A stretch of DNA of 64,000 bases, taken from positions 34,472,001 to 34,536,000 of the forward strand of contig OZ336877.1 in assembly GCA_965287045.1 (NCBI GenBank), in the 5' to 3' direction. This stretch comes from Carcharhinus amblyrhynchos. Taxonomy: Eukaryota. This document shows positions 1 through 12,485 of this stretch, piece by piece. A program made the translations under genes and the position numbers. Position 1 is the first letter of the stretch. Every line of letters starts with the position of its first letter. Under the pieces are notes generated by a model. It ran no database searches, was not told the DNA's origin, and saw nothing but the letters and a program-made list of their open reading frames with translations.

Positions 1-24
1 GGATAGCCCTCACAAAGGCTATGA

Positions 25-350
25 GGTATTGTCATTGGTCAGAGACCCAGGGTAATGCTTTCAGGTTCAAATCCCACCATGGCGGATAGTGAAATTTGAA
101 TTCAATAAAAATCTGGTGTTAAAAGTCAATAACAATTGTCGTAAAAACCCATCTGGTTCATTCATGAAGACCCTTGAGGGAGGAGGTCTGCCGACCTTAC
201 TTGTTCTAGTTTACATGTAATTTCAGATCCACAGCAATGTGGCTGACTCTTAAATGCCCTTCTGATAATGGTCTAACAAGCCATTAGGGATGGGGAATAA
301 ATGCTGCTCCAGCCAGCGATGCCCACATCTCATCAATGAATTAAACATAA
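25..350 (+). mobile_element. tRNA-headed short retroelement (family T) with LINE-derived tail
   Basis: B-box ggttcaaatccc, body aaaaacccatctggttca...gatccacagcaatgtgg, tail ttagggatggggaataaatgctg...gcccacatc shared with the LINE ends at about 3470 and 63580. Confidence 0.75.
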
Positions 351-509
351 AAGGGCCTGGAATCACATGTGCCATCACCAGCTAACCAGATCATTTAAAG
401 GGTTGTAATATATAGCCCAACCCTAACTGCACTGTTGCATCTTAGTGTAGGTAACATGTGCTAAAAGCCAGCTTGCAACCTTAAAGGGGAGTCTGTTGGG
501 AACCATTGG

Positions 510-1030
510 TTTGATTTATTATTGTCACATGCATTGGGATACAGTGATGAGTATTGTTTCTTGCACACTATACAGACAAAACATGCCGTTCATAGAGTAC
601 ATAGGGGAGAAGGAAAGGAGAGGGTGCAGAATATAGTGTTCCAGTTACTGATCGGGTGTAGAGAAGGATCAGTTGGTGATAGGTCCATTCAAAAGCCTGA
701 TGGCAGCAGGGAAGAAGCTGTTCTTGAGTCTGATAGCATGAAGAAAATTACAGCACAGGAATAGGCCCTTCAGTCTGCACCAACCATGTTCTCCGACTTT
801 TGTAACTTTTTCCCAATGGAAGAAGGTGGAAGAAAATATGTCTGGGGGGCATGGGCTCCTTGACTATACTGGTTGTTGTCCCAGGTCAGTGGAAAATGTA
901 GACAGTGTCAATGGATGGGAGGCTGGTTTGAGTGCTGGACTGAGCTACATTCATGACCCTTTGTGCTTTTTGGGGTCTTGGTCTGGGCAGCAACCATACC
1001 AAGCTGTGATGCATCTGGAAACAATAGGTG
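510..1030 (-). mobile_element. Rex1/Babar-type LINE 3' fragment
   Basis: Minus-strand peptide ..QRVMNVAQSSTQTSLPSIDTVY.. and tail gtgacaataataaatcaa. Same family as 23930-24485. Confidence 0.75.
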
Positions 1031-1673
1031 ATTGAGAAAGAGTGCAAAGGAACATTGGTTCTTACACAATTATTGAAAGCAAACAGATCTCCCATAGGAA
1101 GAGGGAGCCTATTCTACCATTCACTTAAACATGCTTAATCTCACCTTTGACCCCTACCCTTAATGTCCTTCCTGAACAAAAATAAATTGATCAATCTCAG
1201 GTATGAAGCTTTCCAATGATCTAGCCCCAACAACCTTTAGGGGTACGGGTTCTAGATTTCCACCTCGCTTTGCGTGAAGAACTCGTTCTGGATGTCACAA
1301 TGACCTGCCTATTTCTGAATATATTGGTTAGACTTTTAATCTGGACTCCCCCAGCAGCAGAAATAGTTACTCTCTATCTCCCCATGCTGCTGCCCATGGA
1401 AAGCCATGACGGAACAAATCTCCTTCAGTGTGACAACAATGCTGTAGGTACAGGAATGGGAATCTGGGGCTTATAAAGTTTCATCCACTGGCAGAAATAG
1501 GCAGGAGTTGTGCCACATAGGTACCCTAAAAAGAGGAAAATCCTACTGGGACATACTCAACAGGCATTTTGTTTAAGTGTATTTTCACATTGGCATTATT
1601 TTTTATCTTTTGGAGAATAGTGGGGGAAGGATTCCCGAGCTGATTATCAGCCTATTGAATCACAACCTCCATA

Positions 1674-2038
1674 GCGGCATGGTGGCACGGTGGTTAGCAC
1701 TGTTGCCTTACAGTTCCAGGGACCCAAGTTCAATTCCAGCCTCAGGTCCCTTTCTGTGTGGAGTTTGCATGTCCTTCCTGTGCTTGTGTGGGTTTCTTCC
1801 GGGTCTCTGATTTCCTCCCACAATCCAAAAACGCACTGGTTAGAGGGATTGGCCATGCTAAATTGTCCCTTAGTATCCCAAGATCTGTAGGTTAGATGGA
1901 TTAGCCATGATTAAATGTGTGGGCTTTCAGGGATAGGGTGGGGATGAGAGCCTGGGGAAGACACTCTATCAGAGAATCAGTGCAGACTCGATGGGCCAAA
2001 TGGCCTCTTCTGCACTGTAGGGGCTTCTATGATTCCAT
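1674..2038 (+). mobile_element. HE1-type V-SINE (tail A, CR1/HER1-like 3' end)
   Basis: A-box tggcacggtgg, B-box-like gttcaattcc, V-domain tgtgtggagtttgca...gggtttc, tail gggccaaatggcctc..ctgcactgtag..ttctatgatt. Confidence 0.85.
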
Positions 2039-2583
2039 GGCCAACAAGTTCTAACAATGGACTTGAAAGCAGAGCTTTTGGTGTAGCAGAAGGAGGCAGT
2101 ACCATTGTGTCACCAGGCCTCATACAGGTTTGGCATGGATCCTCCTAGTATGGAATGGACTAAACCCTGGCAGAATTGCTGTTCCAATGACCAGTTACAA
2201 TACTACATGTGTTCAACTCACTTGATTCCATTGTGGAATCTAATTAGAGTCTCTTTTCATCCTGACCCAATATCCCATCCGGCACTTCCACCTCCCGCCC
2301 CCTCCCTGTGTTCTACTTTTGGGAGCCACAATCTGCAAATGTTCTTAGTGGCAAGCTCATTTCTCTGTGCTTTTACATAATTGCCAGCTGAAACTCAGGC
2401 TCAGTTGCATTCATAACATTCAGTAAGGTTTTAGCCAGACTGAACTGACTATCCAAGGAGAAATGGTGAGTTGTTGGCATGTTCCTTACCTGTTGACACT
2501 GACCACTGTGTGAATGGGTGAAATTGAACCAACAACGTGGTAAAACATCCCGAAGCCCATCACAGGACTGTTCATTGAATGGA

Positions 2584-2895
2584 TCATAGAATCCCTGCAA
2601 TGCAGAAAGAGGCCATTCAGCCCATCGACCCTGCACCAACCACAATCCCACTCAGGCCCTGTCTCCATAACCCCATGTATTTACCTTACTAATCCCCCTG
2701 ACACTAAGGGGCAAGTTTGCATGGCCAATCAACCTAACCTGCACATCTTTTGGAATGTGAGAGGAGCACCCAGAGGAAACCCACGCAGACATGAGGAGAA
2801 CATGCAAACTCCACACAGTCACCCGAGGCCAGAATCGAACCCTGGTCACTGGCGCTGTGAGGCAGCAGTGCTAACCACTGTGCCACCGTGCCGCC
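2584..2895 (-). mobile_element. HE1-type V-SINE (tail A)
   Basis: Reverse complement of the full SINE consensus seen across the window. Confidence 0.85.
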
Positions 2896-3250
2896 AACAT
2901 TATCAGGTGCCAAGGGGACTACTTTGCCCTGAATAGTGTTGAGCGTTAGCAGGTTAAAATCGACACTGAGGCACCTAAAGTGTTATTAGTACAATTGGTG
3001 GAACGCTTGGTCAAAGAGATGGGTGATGGTCGAGAAGGCAGGGGAAAGGCACTAGGTGGAATGCTCATTCAGAGAGCTGGTGCAGACATGATGGGCCAAA
3101 TCACCTCCCTCTGCATAACGATTCTGTAACTTGTATGTTGCACAGCTTTCCAAAGTAACTTTTCAGTGTGTGTCTTTATTCATATAATCAAACCATCCTT
3201 ACACACATGTTTCAAAACATTTTCTTAATTTGGAATCAATTCTATTGCAG

Positions 3251-3304
3251 GGTAGTAAAGGCGAGAAAGGCACTCCCGGCCCCCCTGGACAATACGGTCC
3301 TGTG
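3251..3304 (+). CDS. COL21A1: Collagen triple-helix exon (54 nt, phase 0), GSKGEKGTPGPPGQYGPV; COL21A1-like FACIT collagen
   Basis: Acceptor tctattgcag| and donor |gtaagc flank six perfect Gly-X-Y triplets. Resembles recalled human COL21A1 GAKGEKGNAGFPGLPGPA. The symbol is less certain than the exon and could be a paralog. Confidence 0.9.
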
Positions 3305-3469
3305 GTAAGCATGTGTTTTTCAAAGAATAAAAAGGAGCAGTCATTTTGTAAAATGTTTTTATTTGTTTGACGTAAAAGTTTAATATTAATCTAGGTTTTC
3401 TAATGATAACACTCGTTGTAATAATGTTAGTATTGCTTCATTCAGGTCAAAAGTGTTTTCCCTGGCTTT

Positions 3470-3925
3470 TCCTTTTCCCTGGGATATGAATATTGATGAT
3501 TAGGTCAGCATTCATTGCCAATCTCTAATTGCCCTTGGGAAGGTGAGCCTCCTTGAACTACTGCAATCCATGTAGTGGAGGTACACCCACAGTGCTACTG
3601 GGAAGGATTTTGACCCATTGACAGTCAATATAATTCCCAGTTAGGACAGTGCGTGACTTGAAAGGGAACCTGTAGGTGGCGGTGTTCCCATATGTCTGCT
3701 AAGTGGTAGTTTGGAAGTTGTAGTCGAAGGTGAGTCACTGCAGTGCAGCTTGTAGATGGCACACTTTGCTACCACTGTGTGTTGATGGTGGAGTGAGTAA
3801 GATAATGGATTCAAGGCAACTACTTTGCCCTGAATGGTGTTGATCTTTTTGAGTGTCAGAGTTACACTCATCCAGGTAAATGGAGAGTGTTCCATCATAA
3901 CCCCTGACCTGTGCCTTGATGGTGA
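3470..3925 (-). mobile_element. LINE 3' fragment (CR1/L2-group, partner of family T)
   Basis: Minus peptide MEHSPFTWMS..LKKINTIQGK..SLHHQHTV..IYKLHCS resembles the post-RT region of a LINE; ends in the gggcaattagagattggcaatgaatgctgacc tail. Confidence 0.7.
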
Positions 3926-3976
3926 TCCTGAAAGAATGCAGTTAATACCAGCAGTATTACAGGACTGGTAATTGGA

Positions 3977-4119
3977 ACAATAAGAAGTCTTGCAAAACCA
4001 GGTTAAAGTCCATCAGGTTTATTTGGTAGTAAATGGCACTAGCTTTCGGAGCGCTGCTCCTTCGTTGTGAGACTTCTTACTGTGTTTACCCCAGTCCAAC
4101 GCCAGCATCTTCACATCAT
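3977..4119. mobile_element. Penelope-like element remnant with inverted terminal segment and truncated hammerhead
   Basis: taagaagtct..ccaggttaaagtcc..ggtttatttgg..agctttcggagcgctgctcc followed by inverted ttgtgagacttcttactgtg. Same family as 21426 and 52563. Confidence 0.7.
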
Positions 4120-4299
4120 GACTACAAGTGGAACAGTAACAGCCATTCAGCCTCTTGAGCCCGTTCCCACATTCCTGATTAAACTTTATCCTAACTCCAC
4201 CCGTCTGTTTTGGTTCCATATCCTTTTCCTTCCTTGTTGAGCAAAAGCCTATCTAAGCACAGATTTTAATTTGTTTAACTGAGCTAACATGTTTGAATT

Positions 4300-4757
4300 T
4301 GATTTGATTTATTATTGTCACATGCATTGGTGTGCAATGAAAAGTATTATTCCTTGTGCACTATACAAAGCATACCGTTCATAGAGTACAGAGGGGAGAA
4401 GAAAAAGAGTGCAGAATGTAGTGTTACAGTCATAGTTAGGATGTAGAGAAAGGTAGGTCCATTCAAAAGTCTGATGGCAGCAGGGAAGAAGCTGTTCTTG
4501 AGTCAGTTGGTACGTGACTTCAGACTTTTATATCTTTTTCCCAATTGAAGAAAGTGGAAGAGAAAGTGTCCGGGGTGTGTGAGGTCCTTGATTATGCTGG
4601 CTGCTTTTCACAGGCAGTGGAAAGTGTAGACAGTCAATGAATGGGAGGCTGGTTTGCATGATGGGCTGAGCTACATTCATGTCCCTTTTGTAGTTTCTTG
4701 CTGTTTTGGTCAGAGCAGGAGCTGAGATATATCCGGAAAGGATGCTTTCTGTGTATT
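4300..4757 (-). mobile_element. Rex1/Babar-type LINE 3' fragment
   Basis: (tttga)n tail and cagcagggaagaagctgttc (SFFPA on the minus strand). Confidence 0.75.
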
Positions 4758-4994
4758 ACTTTTAGTCGGATGGTGTTCCACAGTTCTTTTCTCCTAACTT
4801 CACTCTTCAATGGTCCGCCTCTCGTTTTAATGATACGTCTCCTTAGCCTAGAATCTCCCACTATTAAAAGGCTTCCCTATGAATCCCTTTCAGAATCCTG
4901 GAATTCCCTGCCCAGCATCACATGGACTTCTTTCTTTCTTCTATAGAAACGTTTTCTGGGCTATCACCACGACCAACCCCATCCTCCCAGTTTC

Positions 4995-5300
4995 ATAGAA
5001 TTCCATAGAAAAGAATCCCCATAGTTCAGCCTGTTGAGTCAGCATTGACCAGAATCCCATCCAGGAGCTATCCCCATAACTCCACATATTTACACTGCTA
5101 ATCTCTGGACACTAGGGGCAATTTAGCATGGCCAATCCACCTAATCCGCATATCTTTGGACTGTGGGAGGAAACCAGAGCACCTGGAGGAAGCTCACGCT
5201 GATACGGGGAGAACGTGCAGACTCCACACAGACAGTGACCCGAGGTTGGAATTGAACCTGGGTCCTTGGCGCTGTGAGGCAGCAGTGCTTGCCAGCGTGC
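4995..5300 (-). mobile_element. HE1-type V-SINE (tail A)
   Basis: Reverse-complement SINE consensus. Confidence 0.8.
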
Positions 5301-5634
5301 TATCTCAGGCACCCCTCCACAGTTTTGGACTTCTGACACCATCCCCTTGCTCCCAGCAAGCCTCAGTGCCTCTCCATCCACACTGAGCTCCAGACCCTGT
5401 TTAGAATTCTGAGCCTCAGGGCCCCCAGTGACTCTCCACAGCACCTGCCCCAACTCTGACCTTCCCAACTTAATACTCAACTCGCAGCTGCAGCCATCAC
5501 CCATTGGCAAGCTGCAACAGAGCTGGCCTCAACATGATTTCCAGTACTGGCTGAGCCTACAGTCTGAACTCTCCAAGGTCAGGCAGGGTGAAGAGATAGA
5601 GAGAGAGAGAAACAGAGTGAGGTGGAGGTAAGGG

Positions 5635-6990
5635 GAGAAGAGTTAAGGTGGGAAATTATAGGCCGGTTAGTCGGACTTCGGTTATTGGCAAAGTTTTAGA
5701 GCCCATTATTAAAGATAAAATCACAGAGTGCTTGGAACTGCATGATAAAGTAGGACTGAGTCAGCACGGCTTTGACAAGGGGAGGTCATGTCTGACAAAT
5801 CTGTTAGAGATCTTTAAGGAAGCAACAACGAAGTTAGATAAAGGAAAACCAGTGGATGTGATTTATTTAGATTTCCAGAAGGCCTTTGACAAAGTGCCAC
5901 ATAGGCGACTATTAAATAAGTTAAGGGCCCATGGTGTTGAGGGTAAGATCCTGGCATGGATAAAGGATTGGCTGACTGGCAGAAGGCAGAGTGGGGAAAA
6001 GGGATTTTTTCCAGGACGGCAACCGGTGACTAATGGTGTGCCTCAGGGGTCAGTGCTCGGATCACAACTTTTCACAATATCATTAACAATTTGGAGGAAG
6101 GAACTGAAGGCACTGTTGCTAAGTTTGCAGATGATACAAAGATATGTAAAGGGACAGGTAGTATTGAGGAAGCAGAGGGACTGGGATGGGTTAGGCGAGT
6201 GGGCAAAGAGGCAGATGGAATACAATATGGAAGAGTGTGAGGTTATGCACTTTGGAAGAAGGAATGAAGGCATAGACTATTTTCTAAATGGGCAAATGCT
6301 TAGGAAATCAGAAATGCAAAGGGACTTGGGAGTCATTGTTCAAGATTCTCTTAAGGTTTACGTGCAGGTTCAGTCGGCAGTTAGGAAGGCAAATGCAATG
6401 TTAGCATTCTTGTCGAGAGGGCTAGAATACAAGAGCAGGGATGTACTTCTGAGGCTGTATAAGGCTCTGGTCGAACCCCATTTGGAGTATTGTGAGCAGT
6501 TTTGGGCCCTGCATCTAAGGAAAGGGTCCAGAGGAGGTTCACACGAATGATCCCTGGAATGAAGAGCTTGTTGTATGAGGAACGGTTGAGGACTCTGGGT
6601 CTGTACTTGGAGATTAGAAGGAAGAGGGGGGATCCTATTGAAACTTGCAGGATACTGCAAGGCCTGGATAGAGTGGACATGAAGAGGATGTTTCCACTCG
6701 TAGAAAAAACTAGAATCAGAGGACACAACCTTTAAAACAGAGATGGGGAAGAATTTATTCAGTCAGAGAATGGTGAAGCTATAGAACTCTTTGCTGTAGA
6801 AGGCTGTGGAGGCCGGGTCATTGAGTGTCTTTAAGACAGAGACACATAGGTTCTTGATTAATAAGAGGGTCAGGGGTTATAGGGAAAAGGCAGGAGAATG
6901 GAGATGAGAAAAATCAGTCATGATTGAATGGCGGAGCAGGCTCAATGGATCGAGTGGCCTATTTCTGCTCTTCTGTCTTATGGTCTTATG
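5635..6990 (+). mobile_element. 5'-truncated CR1-clade (HER1-like) LINE, degenerate RT plus 3' UTR
   Basis: NYRPVS..QHGF..GRSCLTNLLE..VDVIYLDFQKAFDKVPH..GVPQGSVLG. FADD (tttgcagatgat) is out of frame, so the copy is frameshifted. LYKALV..HLEYC and RVQRRFTRMIPG follow; ends in (tcttatgg) repeats. Confidence 0.92.
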
Positions 6991-7350
6991 AAGAGAGGTG
7001 GGGAAGAGAGGGGCATAAATGTAGGGGAGGAGGGTGGTCGTAGGAGGGGGAGTTGTGGAAGGACAGGTGGGAAAATGAAGCAGGGAAGTGCTGGGACAAG
7101 GGAAAGAGTGGGAAGAGAGAGAGGGGAGGCAATGTGAGAATAAGGGAGGAGGAAGATGGAGGAAGAAAATGTCCACAATCCAGAGTAGGAGTGGGGATTT
7201 TCAAGGGTTGGGCGGGGAGGTGGTGGTGTGTGGGGGGGGCGGTTTGTATATGGGTAGGGGTGGTTAGCAGATGAAAAAAAGCTCTGGGAAGCTGTGGGGG
7301 CGGGAAGCTGTGGCTGGATTGGTGCGGGGATTGGGTGGTGGGTGGGGAGT
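6991..7350 (+). repeat. Purine-rich / G-rich low-complexity tract
   Basis: Nearly pyrimidine-free GA stretches followed by many G-runs. Confidence 0.7.
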
Positions 7351-7956
7351 CAGTAGCTGTGCTAGTAATAAGTTATGAAAATGTAACTCCAGTTTATTAG
7401 CACATATATTGAAACAGAGTCTGCTTTTTAATAGTTAGCTCAACTTTAGGCTGGTTGAAGCTAGAAAAAATTAGAAATATGGAGGTCAAACACTGAACAT
7501 TTTCGGTGTCTGAGTGCTCTCAATAAGCGATTTTGCCAGGTGCAAATGTTTGTGCACTCCAGTTTGGAGTAATTGATGACAATAATGTCAGTTACGCTAC
7601 TTGCAATGTTAGATGTTAGTTAAATGATTGCTCTTGAGTGCAAATGTCAGTTAAATGTTAGCTTTTAAGCGCAACTGATGTCAAATGATGGTTAGATGAT
7701 TGCCTTTGCATGCATTTGATGTCAAATGAACGGAGTAAACACACGTAATACAAATGATGTCAAGATCTTCTGGCAGGGAATAGTGTCATGATAGAATATG
7801 GAACTCACTACCACAAGGAGGCAATTAGCATTTAAGAGAAAGCTACATAAATAACTGAGGATAAAAGGAATAGAGGTGTATATGGATAGGGTTAGATGAA
7901 GAAGGATGGGTGGAGGTTCATCTGGAGCATCGACATGGACATGGACATGGACAGGA

Positions 7957-8255
7957 TGGCATGGTGGTTAGCATTCTATCTCACAGCACCAGGGACCCTG
8001 AGTTCGATTCCCGGCTTGGGTCACTGTTTGTCAATGTGGAGTCTGTACATTCTCCCCGTGTCTGCGAGGATTTCCTCCGGCTGCTCTGGTTTCCACCCAC
8101 AGTCTGAAAGACGTGCTGGTTCGGTGAATTGGCCATGCTAAACTCTCCCTCAGTGTAGCCAAACAGGGGCCGGATTGTGGCAACTTGGGGATTTTCACAC
8201 TAACTTCATTGCGGTGTTAATGTAAGCCTTCTTGTGACACTAATAAATAAATAAA
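7957..8255 (+). mobile_element. HE1-related V-SINE with alternative tail B
   Basis: Same head and V-domain, but ends ..ggggattttcacactaacttcattgcggtgttaatgtaagccttcttgtgacactaataaataaa. Confidence 0.85.
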
Positions 8256-8337
8256 TCTTGGGCTAAATGGCTTACATTTGTGCTGTAAATACCATGTGAG
8301 ATTAAGTTGGAAGAAAAGAATCTGAGTATTAAGCATA

Positions 8338-8485
8338 CAACAACAGCTCCTATTTATATAGTGCCCTTAATGTAGTAAAATGCCCTGAGGTGCATCACAG
8401 AAGCATTATAAACAAATCATGACATCAAGCCACATATGGAGATAATTAAGTCAGATGACCAAAAACCTGGTCAAAGAGATAGGTC
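8338..8485 (-). mobile_element. L2-type LINE 3' fragment
   Basis: tatttatatagtgcccttaa..tcagatgaccaaaaacctggtcaaagagataggt. Same family as 35530-36130. Confidence 0.55.
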
Positions 8486-8545
8486 ATCATTTCATTACAC
8501 TTGAGCACTTTGACCATGTTTTGTTTCTGCTTTACCTGCTTATAG

Positions 8546-8599
8546 GGGGAACCTGGAATTCCTGGAAGAAATGGCCTCGTAGGATCACCTGGTTTAAAG
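8546..8599 (+). CDS. COL21A1: Collagen exon (54 nt), GEPGIPGRNGLVGSPGLK
   Basis: Polypyrimidine tract, tatag| acceptor, |gtaaga donor, Gly at every third codon. Resembles recalled COL21A1 GEPGRHGKDGLMGSPGFK. Confidence 0.9.
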
Positions 8600-9029
8600 G
8601 TAAGATGTACATAGAACGCGGTGCTGGCAAAGCAGAACTGTGGCCGAAAACTAGCTCCAGTTTAGAATTCCAATCCCACAGCTTCCATTCCCACTCCAAA
8701 CCAAACATTTCTCAGCAGATTAATCACTTGTTTATGAGAACTGATCTGGAACCTTCCTCGGGGCAGGACAGGTGCCTGGGTTAATAAGGTTTGTACATTG
8801 GTCTTTTACAGTCTATTTTTCAAGTCTATTTTAAACAAATGGACTGCACTTTGGAAACAGTGAGCTGTGCCCGAAGGTATTTTGCATAGTGGAAGAGGAG
8901 GCACAGATGGCATGTTTGTACACTGTGCAGCTGTGTGCTATAGCTGAGTGGGAATAAGTAACAAGCAGCCGACTGAAAGAAAATTTAAAGAGGGGAGAAC
9001 ACACTGGCATTAATATTCCTCTTAAAGTT

Positions 9030-9505
9030 TTAAAGTTTATTTATTGGTGTCACAAGTAGCCTTACATTAGCAGTGCAATGAAGTTACTGCGAAATTCTCA
9101 AGTCGCCACAGTCTGGTGTCTGTTTCAGATACACTGGGAGAATTTAGCGTGGCCAATGCACTTAACCAGCACAGGCCTACTCCCGTCTTCTCCCTCTCCC
9201 GCCTGTTGTGTGCTATCTTCTCCTGCATAAAATTTATTAGTGTCACAAGTAGGCTGACTGTGTAGGTTACGGTGAAAATCCCCTAGTCGCCACACTCCGG
9301 TGCCTGTTTGGGTACACTGAGGGAGAATTTAGTATGGCCAATCCACCTAACTAGGCTGTGGGAGGAAATCGGATCACCCGGAGGAAACACGTGCAGACAC
9401 AGGGAGAACATGCAGACTCCACAGTGACAGTGACCCGAGGCTGGAATTGAACCCAGGTCCTTGGTGCTGTGAGGCAGCAGTGCTAACCACTGTGCCAACG
9501 TGCTA
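9030..9505 (-). mobile_element. Two tail-B V-SINEs (partial 9030-9172; near-complete 9232-9505)
   Basis: Two reverse-complement tail-B ends beginning tttatt..gtgtcacaagtag. Confidence 0.8.
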
Positions 9506-10458
9506 CCTGCAATGGGTTTTCGTCATTTTATAATTGAGCACTACAGTATTGGGTTAGTCGTTTTTTCCTGAGTTGCTTATATCCAGCTGGTAACCCCAAT
9601 TATCTTTTAGTATTTGCTCTCATGAAGAATCAGTGTTCAAGTAAGTCAGAGCAAAATATGATTGTTGGCTGGGAGCACAGTCCACATTGTGGTTCTCCAA
9701 TTGGATCAAGGAACTCTGTCACAAGGCTTTTGGCAGCAAGAACATGTTTTTTTCTGAAAGACTGAATGTGTTGGTTCTCTCATATGTTTGGAATAGGTGT
9801 GCTACATTTTAGGCCTGAGACTGAGGAACCTGCTGCTACATCATAGAAATCATTAGAAGAACTTTAGGATCCCTATAGTGCAGAAGGAGGCCATTCAGCC
9901 CATCAAGGCTGCACCAACAACCATCTCACCCAGGCCCTATCCTCATAACCCCACAACCTTGCTAATCCCCTTAATACTAAGGTGCAATTGAGCATGGCTT
10001 ATCAATCTTACCTACACGTCTTTGGACTGCACATTGAGTGGATGAGGTAGATAGCATTGTTTCACTTTGGCAAAGATAGGTAAGTTCTTGAGGAAGAAAG
10101 CATCAGAATAATGGCTGGAATTTTACCAGAACAGAATTCTCCGTTGGCCACAGACAGGATTTTATGAGCCTCACTTGAGTGATGTAGGATGAAGAAAATG
10201 AGACTTGCTTGGATCATCAACATCGATGGTTGGGTTGAATGCTCTGTTTCAGTGCTGTGCCTCATCTAAATTTATCTAATCCATCAACTTTTCTTCCATT
10301 AATAAGATCAGGTCATAGTTCCTCTGACTTTTTTTCTACTGATTGTAGCAATGATACTGGGTTTATCATTGTTATAACCTGGGATTGTAATAAAGTTATT
10401 CTGATATTTGTGAGGTTTACTGCATGACAATCAAAGGCACAATTTGTTATGAAATAAT

Positions 10459-10582
10459 GGGGGGGATTCTCCAGCCATTCACACCTGTCCTGTTGCGGTG
10501 AACAGAGATTTAGCTGAGCGCCAAATTCTCCATCCTCTCTGGCAGCGACGGTAGGGTGTGAACGGCCAGAGAATTCCAGCCC
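10459..10582. mobile_element. About 125-bp MITE-like element with terminal inverted repeats
   Basis: gggggattctccagccattcacacc ... gggtgtgaacggccagagaattccagccc. Related copies at about 24915-25040, 47737-47872 and 50653-50788. Confidence 0.65.
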
Positions 10583-10881
10583 ACTGCTCAGATCAGAAAT
10601 GTATTATTTCAATTGAACAATGTCCCTTGTTGATGCTGTAGATGGGATAACATTAGAAAAGAGGGAAAAGTAGGTCATGAGGCTTGATGCTATATCATTT
10701 AAACAGCCACAATTCCTGCCCTCCACTACTTTAACAACTGCCTCCCTGCACTGCATGGAAAGTCTAGGTCAGTGCTCAATAGATTTTTGTGGTGTCTTCC
10801 CACGTTATTGCCTCAATAATTGCTGTGAAGTACATGGTAGTAATCACTGAGAAACAACAGATCCTGAGGTTTCCGAGCATT

Positions 10882-11180
10882 CATAGAATCATCAAATCCT
10901 ACAGTGCAGAAGGAGGCCATTCAGTCCATCAAGTTTGTACTGACCACAGTCCCACCCAAGCTCTATCCCCACAACCCCATTCGTTTGCCCAAGCTTGTCT
11001 CCCGAAGCTAAGGGGCAATTAAGCATGGCCGATCCACCTAACCCGCACGTCTTTGGATTGTGGGAGGAAATCCATGCACACACGGGGAGAATGTGCAAAC
11101 TCCGCACAGACAGTAACCCAAGGCGGGAGTTGAACTTGGGCACCTGGCACTCTGAAGCAGCAGTGCTCACCACTGTGCCA
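10882..11180 (-). mobile_element. HE1-type V-SINE (tail A)
   Basis: Reverse-complement SINE consensus. Confidence 0.85.
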
Positions 11181-11649
11181 CTCACATTGTATTGGCCTCT
11201 CCTCCCTCAAATCTAAAGCTGCGAATCTACCTGCATGGACTGTTCTATCCCTGTGAATGCCTGCCTGTCTCTTTTTGGTGATATTGAGGCAGTCCTGCTG
11301 AGGTGCCACTCTGATTTTGTGGGTTTGGAAATGGAAGGCTGCCTCTTGATGGCAAGGACCCACCAGGCACTACCGATGAATCATGAAACTGAGTCAGGAT
11401 TGTGGTGAACTTAACTTCGACATGGAGAAAGCAAGCACTTCCTGGCATCAACTATGACTTTCAGATGGAATTTACAATTCTGATAATTTGATCCTGAAAA
11501 TCTTGGTGATGGTTCCAATTCTCTTCCTCACCTAGTGGTGCACAAGGGCAGACTTTCATTTGTTTCCATGGCTAATAATTCCTGGAACAGGTCGCTAGTC
11601 TGTTACCAGGGGCTTATAGCTTGAGGGGTGCCACTCCACACTTGAAAGG

Positions 11650-11957
11650 CTGGCACAGCATTTAGCTTTGCAGCCTCACAGTGCCAGAGACCTGGGTTCA
11701 ATTCCAGCCTCAGGTTACCGTCTGCGTGGAGTTTGCACATTCTCCCCAGGTCTGTGTGGCTTTCGTCCGGGTGCTACAGTTTCCTCCCACAGCCCAAAGA
11801 TGTGCAGGTTAGGTTGACTGGTCATACTAAATTGACCCTGGTGCAGGTCAATTAGCAGGGTAAATATGTGGGGGAGGGGAATAGGACGAGTGGGATTATG
11901 GTCAGTGCAGTCTTGATGGGCCAAATGGCCTCTTTCTGCACTGTAGTGATTCTATGA
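11650..11957 (+). mobile_element. HE1-type V-SINE (tail A)
   Basis: Matches the SINE consensus. Confidence 0.85.
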
Positions 11958-12485
11958 TCGAGCGTGGCTGACCAGTTGTCTCTCTCACTCTTACCACCAG
12001 CCATTGACATGTTTGGAAGGATTTGCAGGTTGATATTCAACCTGTTTGACCGTGTTATGAATGCACCTTCCTTGGAAATCAGGTCCTGGAGCGGGACTTG
12101 AACCCAGCACTTCTGGCTCAGAGGCCAGGATGCTATCCACAAGAACTTTGACGGTAGCAGGATTGAACAGAAGTCTGTCATGAAAAGACTAAGTTGGGTG
12201 TGTAATAGTCAAATGATTCAACCAGAAATGATGCATAATAAGTTACCTTTGTTTTGATGTCCAGTAATTTGAAGCTTCCAAATTTCTTCCATTCCACAGC
12301 CTCTGCCCACCTCAGGCTATAGTTTCTTCCCTTCTGAACTAAATTAAATTATTTTCTCATACTTAATTTACAAAAAGGACAAAACTTTAATTCAGCTTCA
12401 CCTCTGGTCTGGATTTCCACTGAGACCAAACTCTGCATTTTCTTGACCCTATTCACACTAGAACATTGATGCAAAGGGAGACAGT

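Noticed and set aside
5648-6550. 300-aa ORF as a functional reverse transcriptase gene
   Set aside because: It is a 5'-truncated CR1 copy. The catalytic FADD is out of frame and the C-terminus is split across frames.
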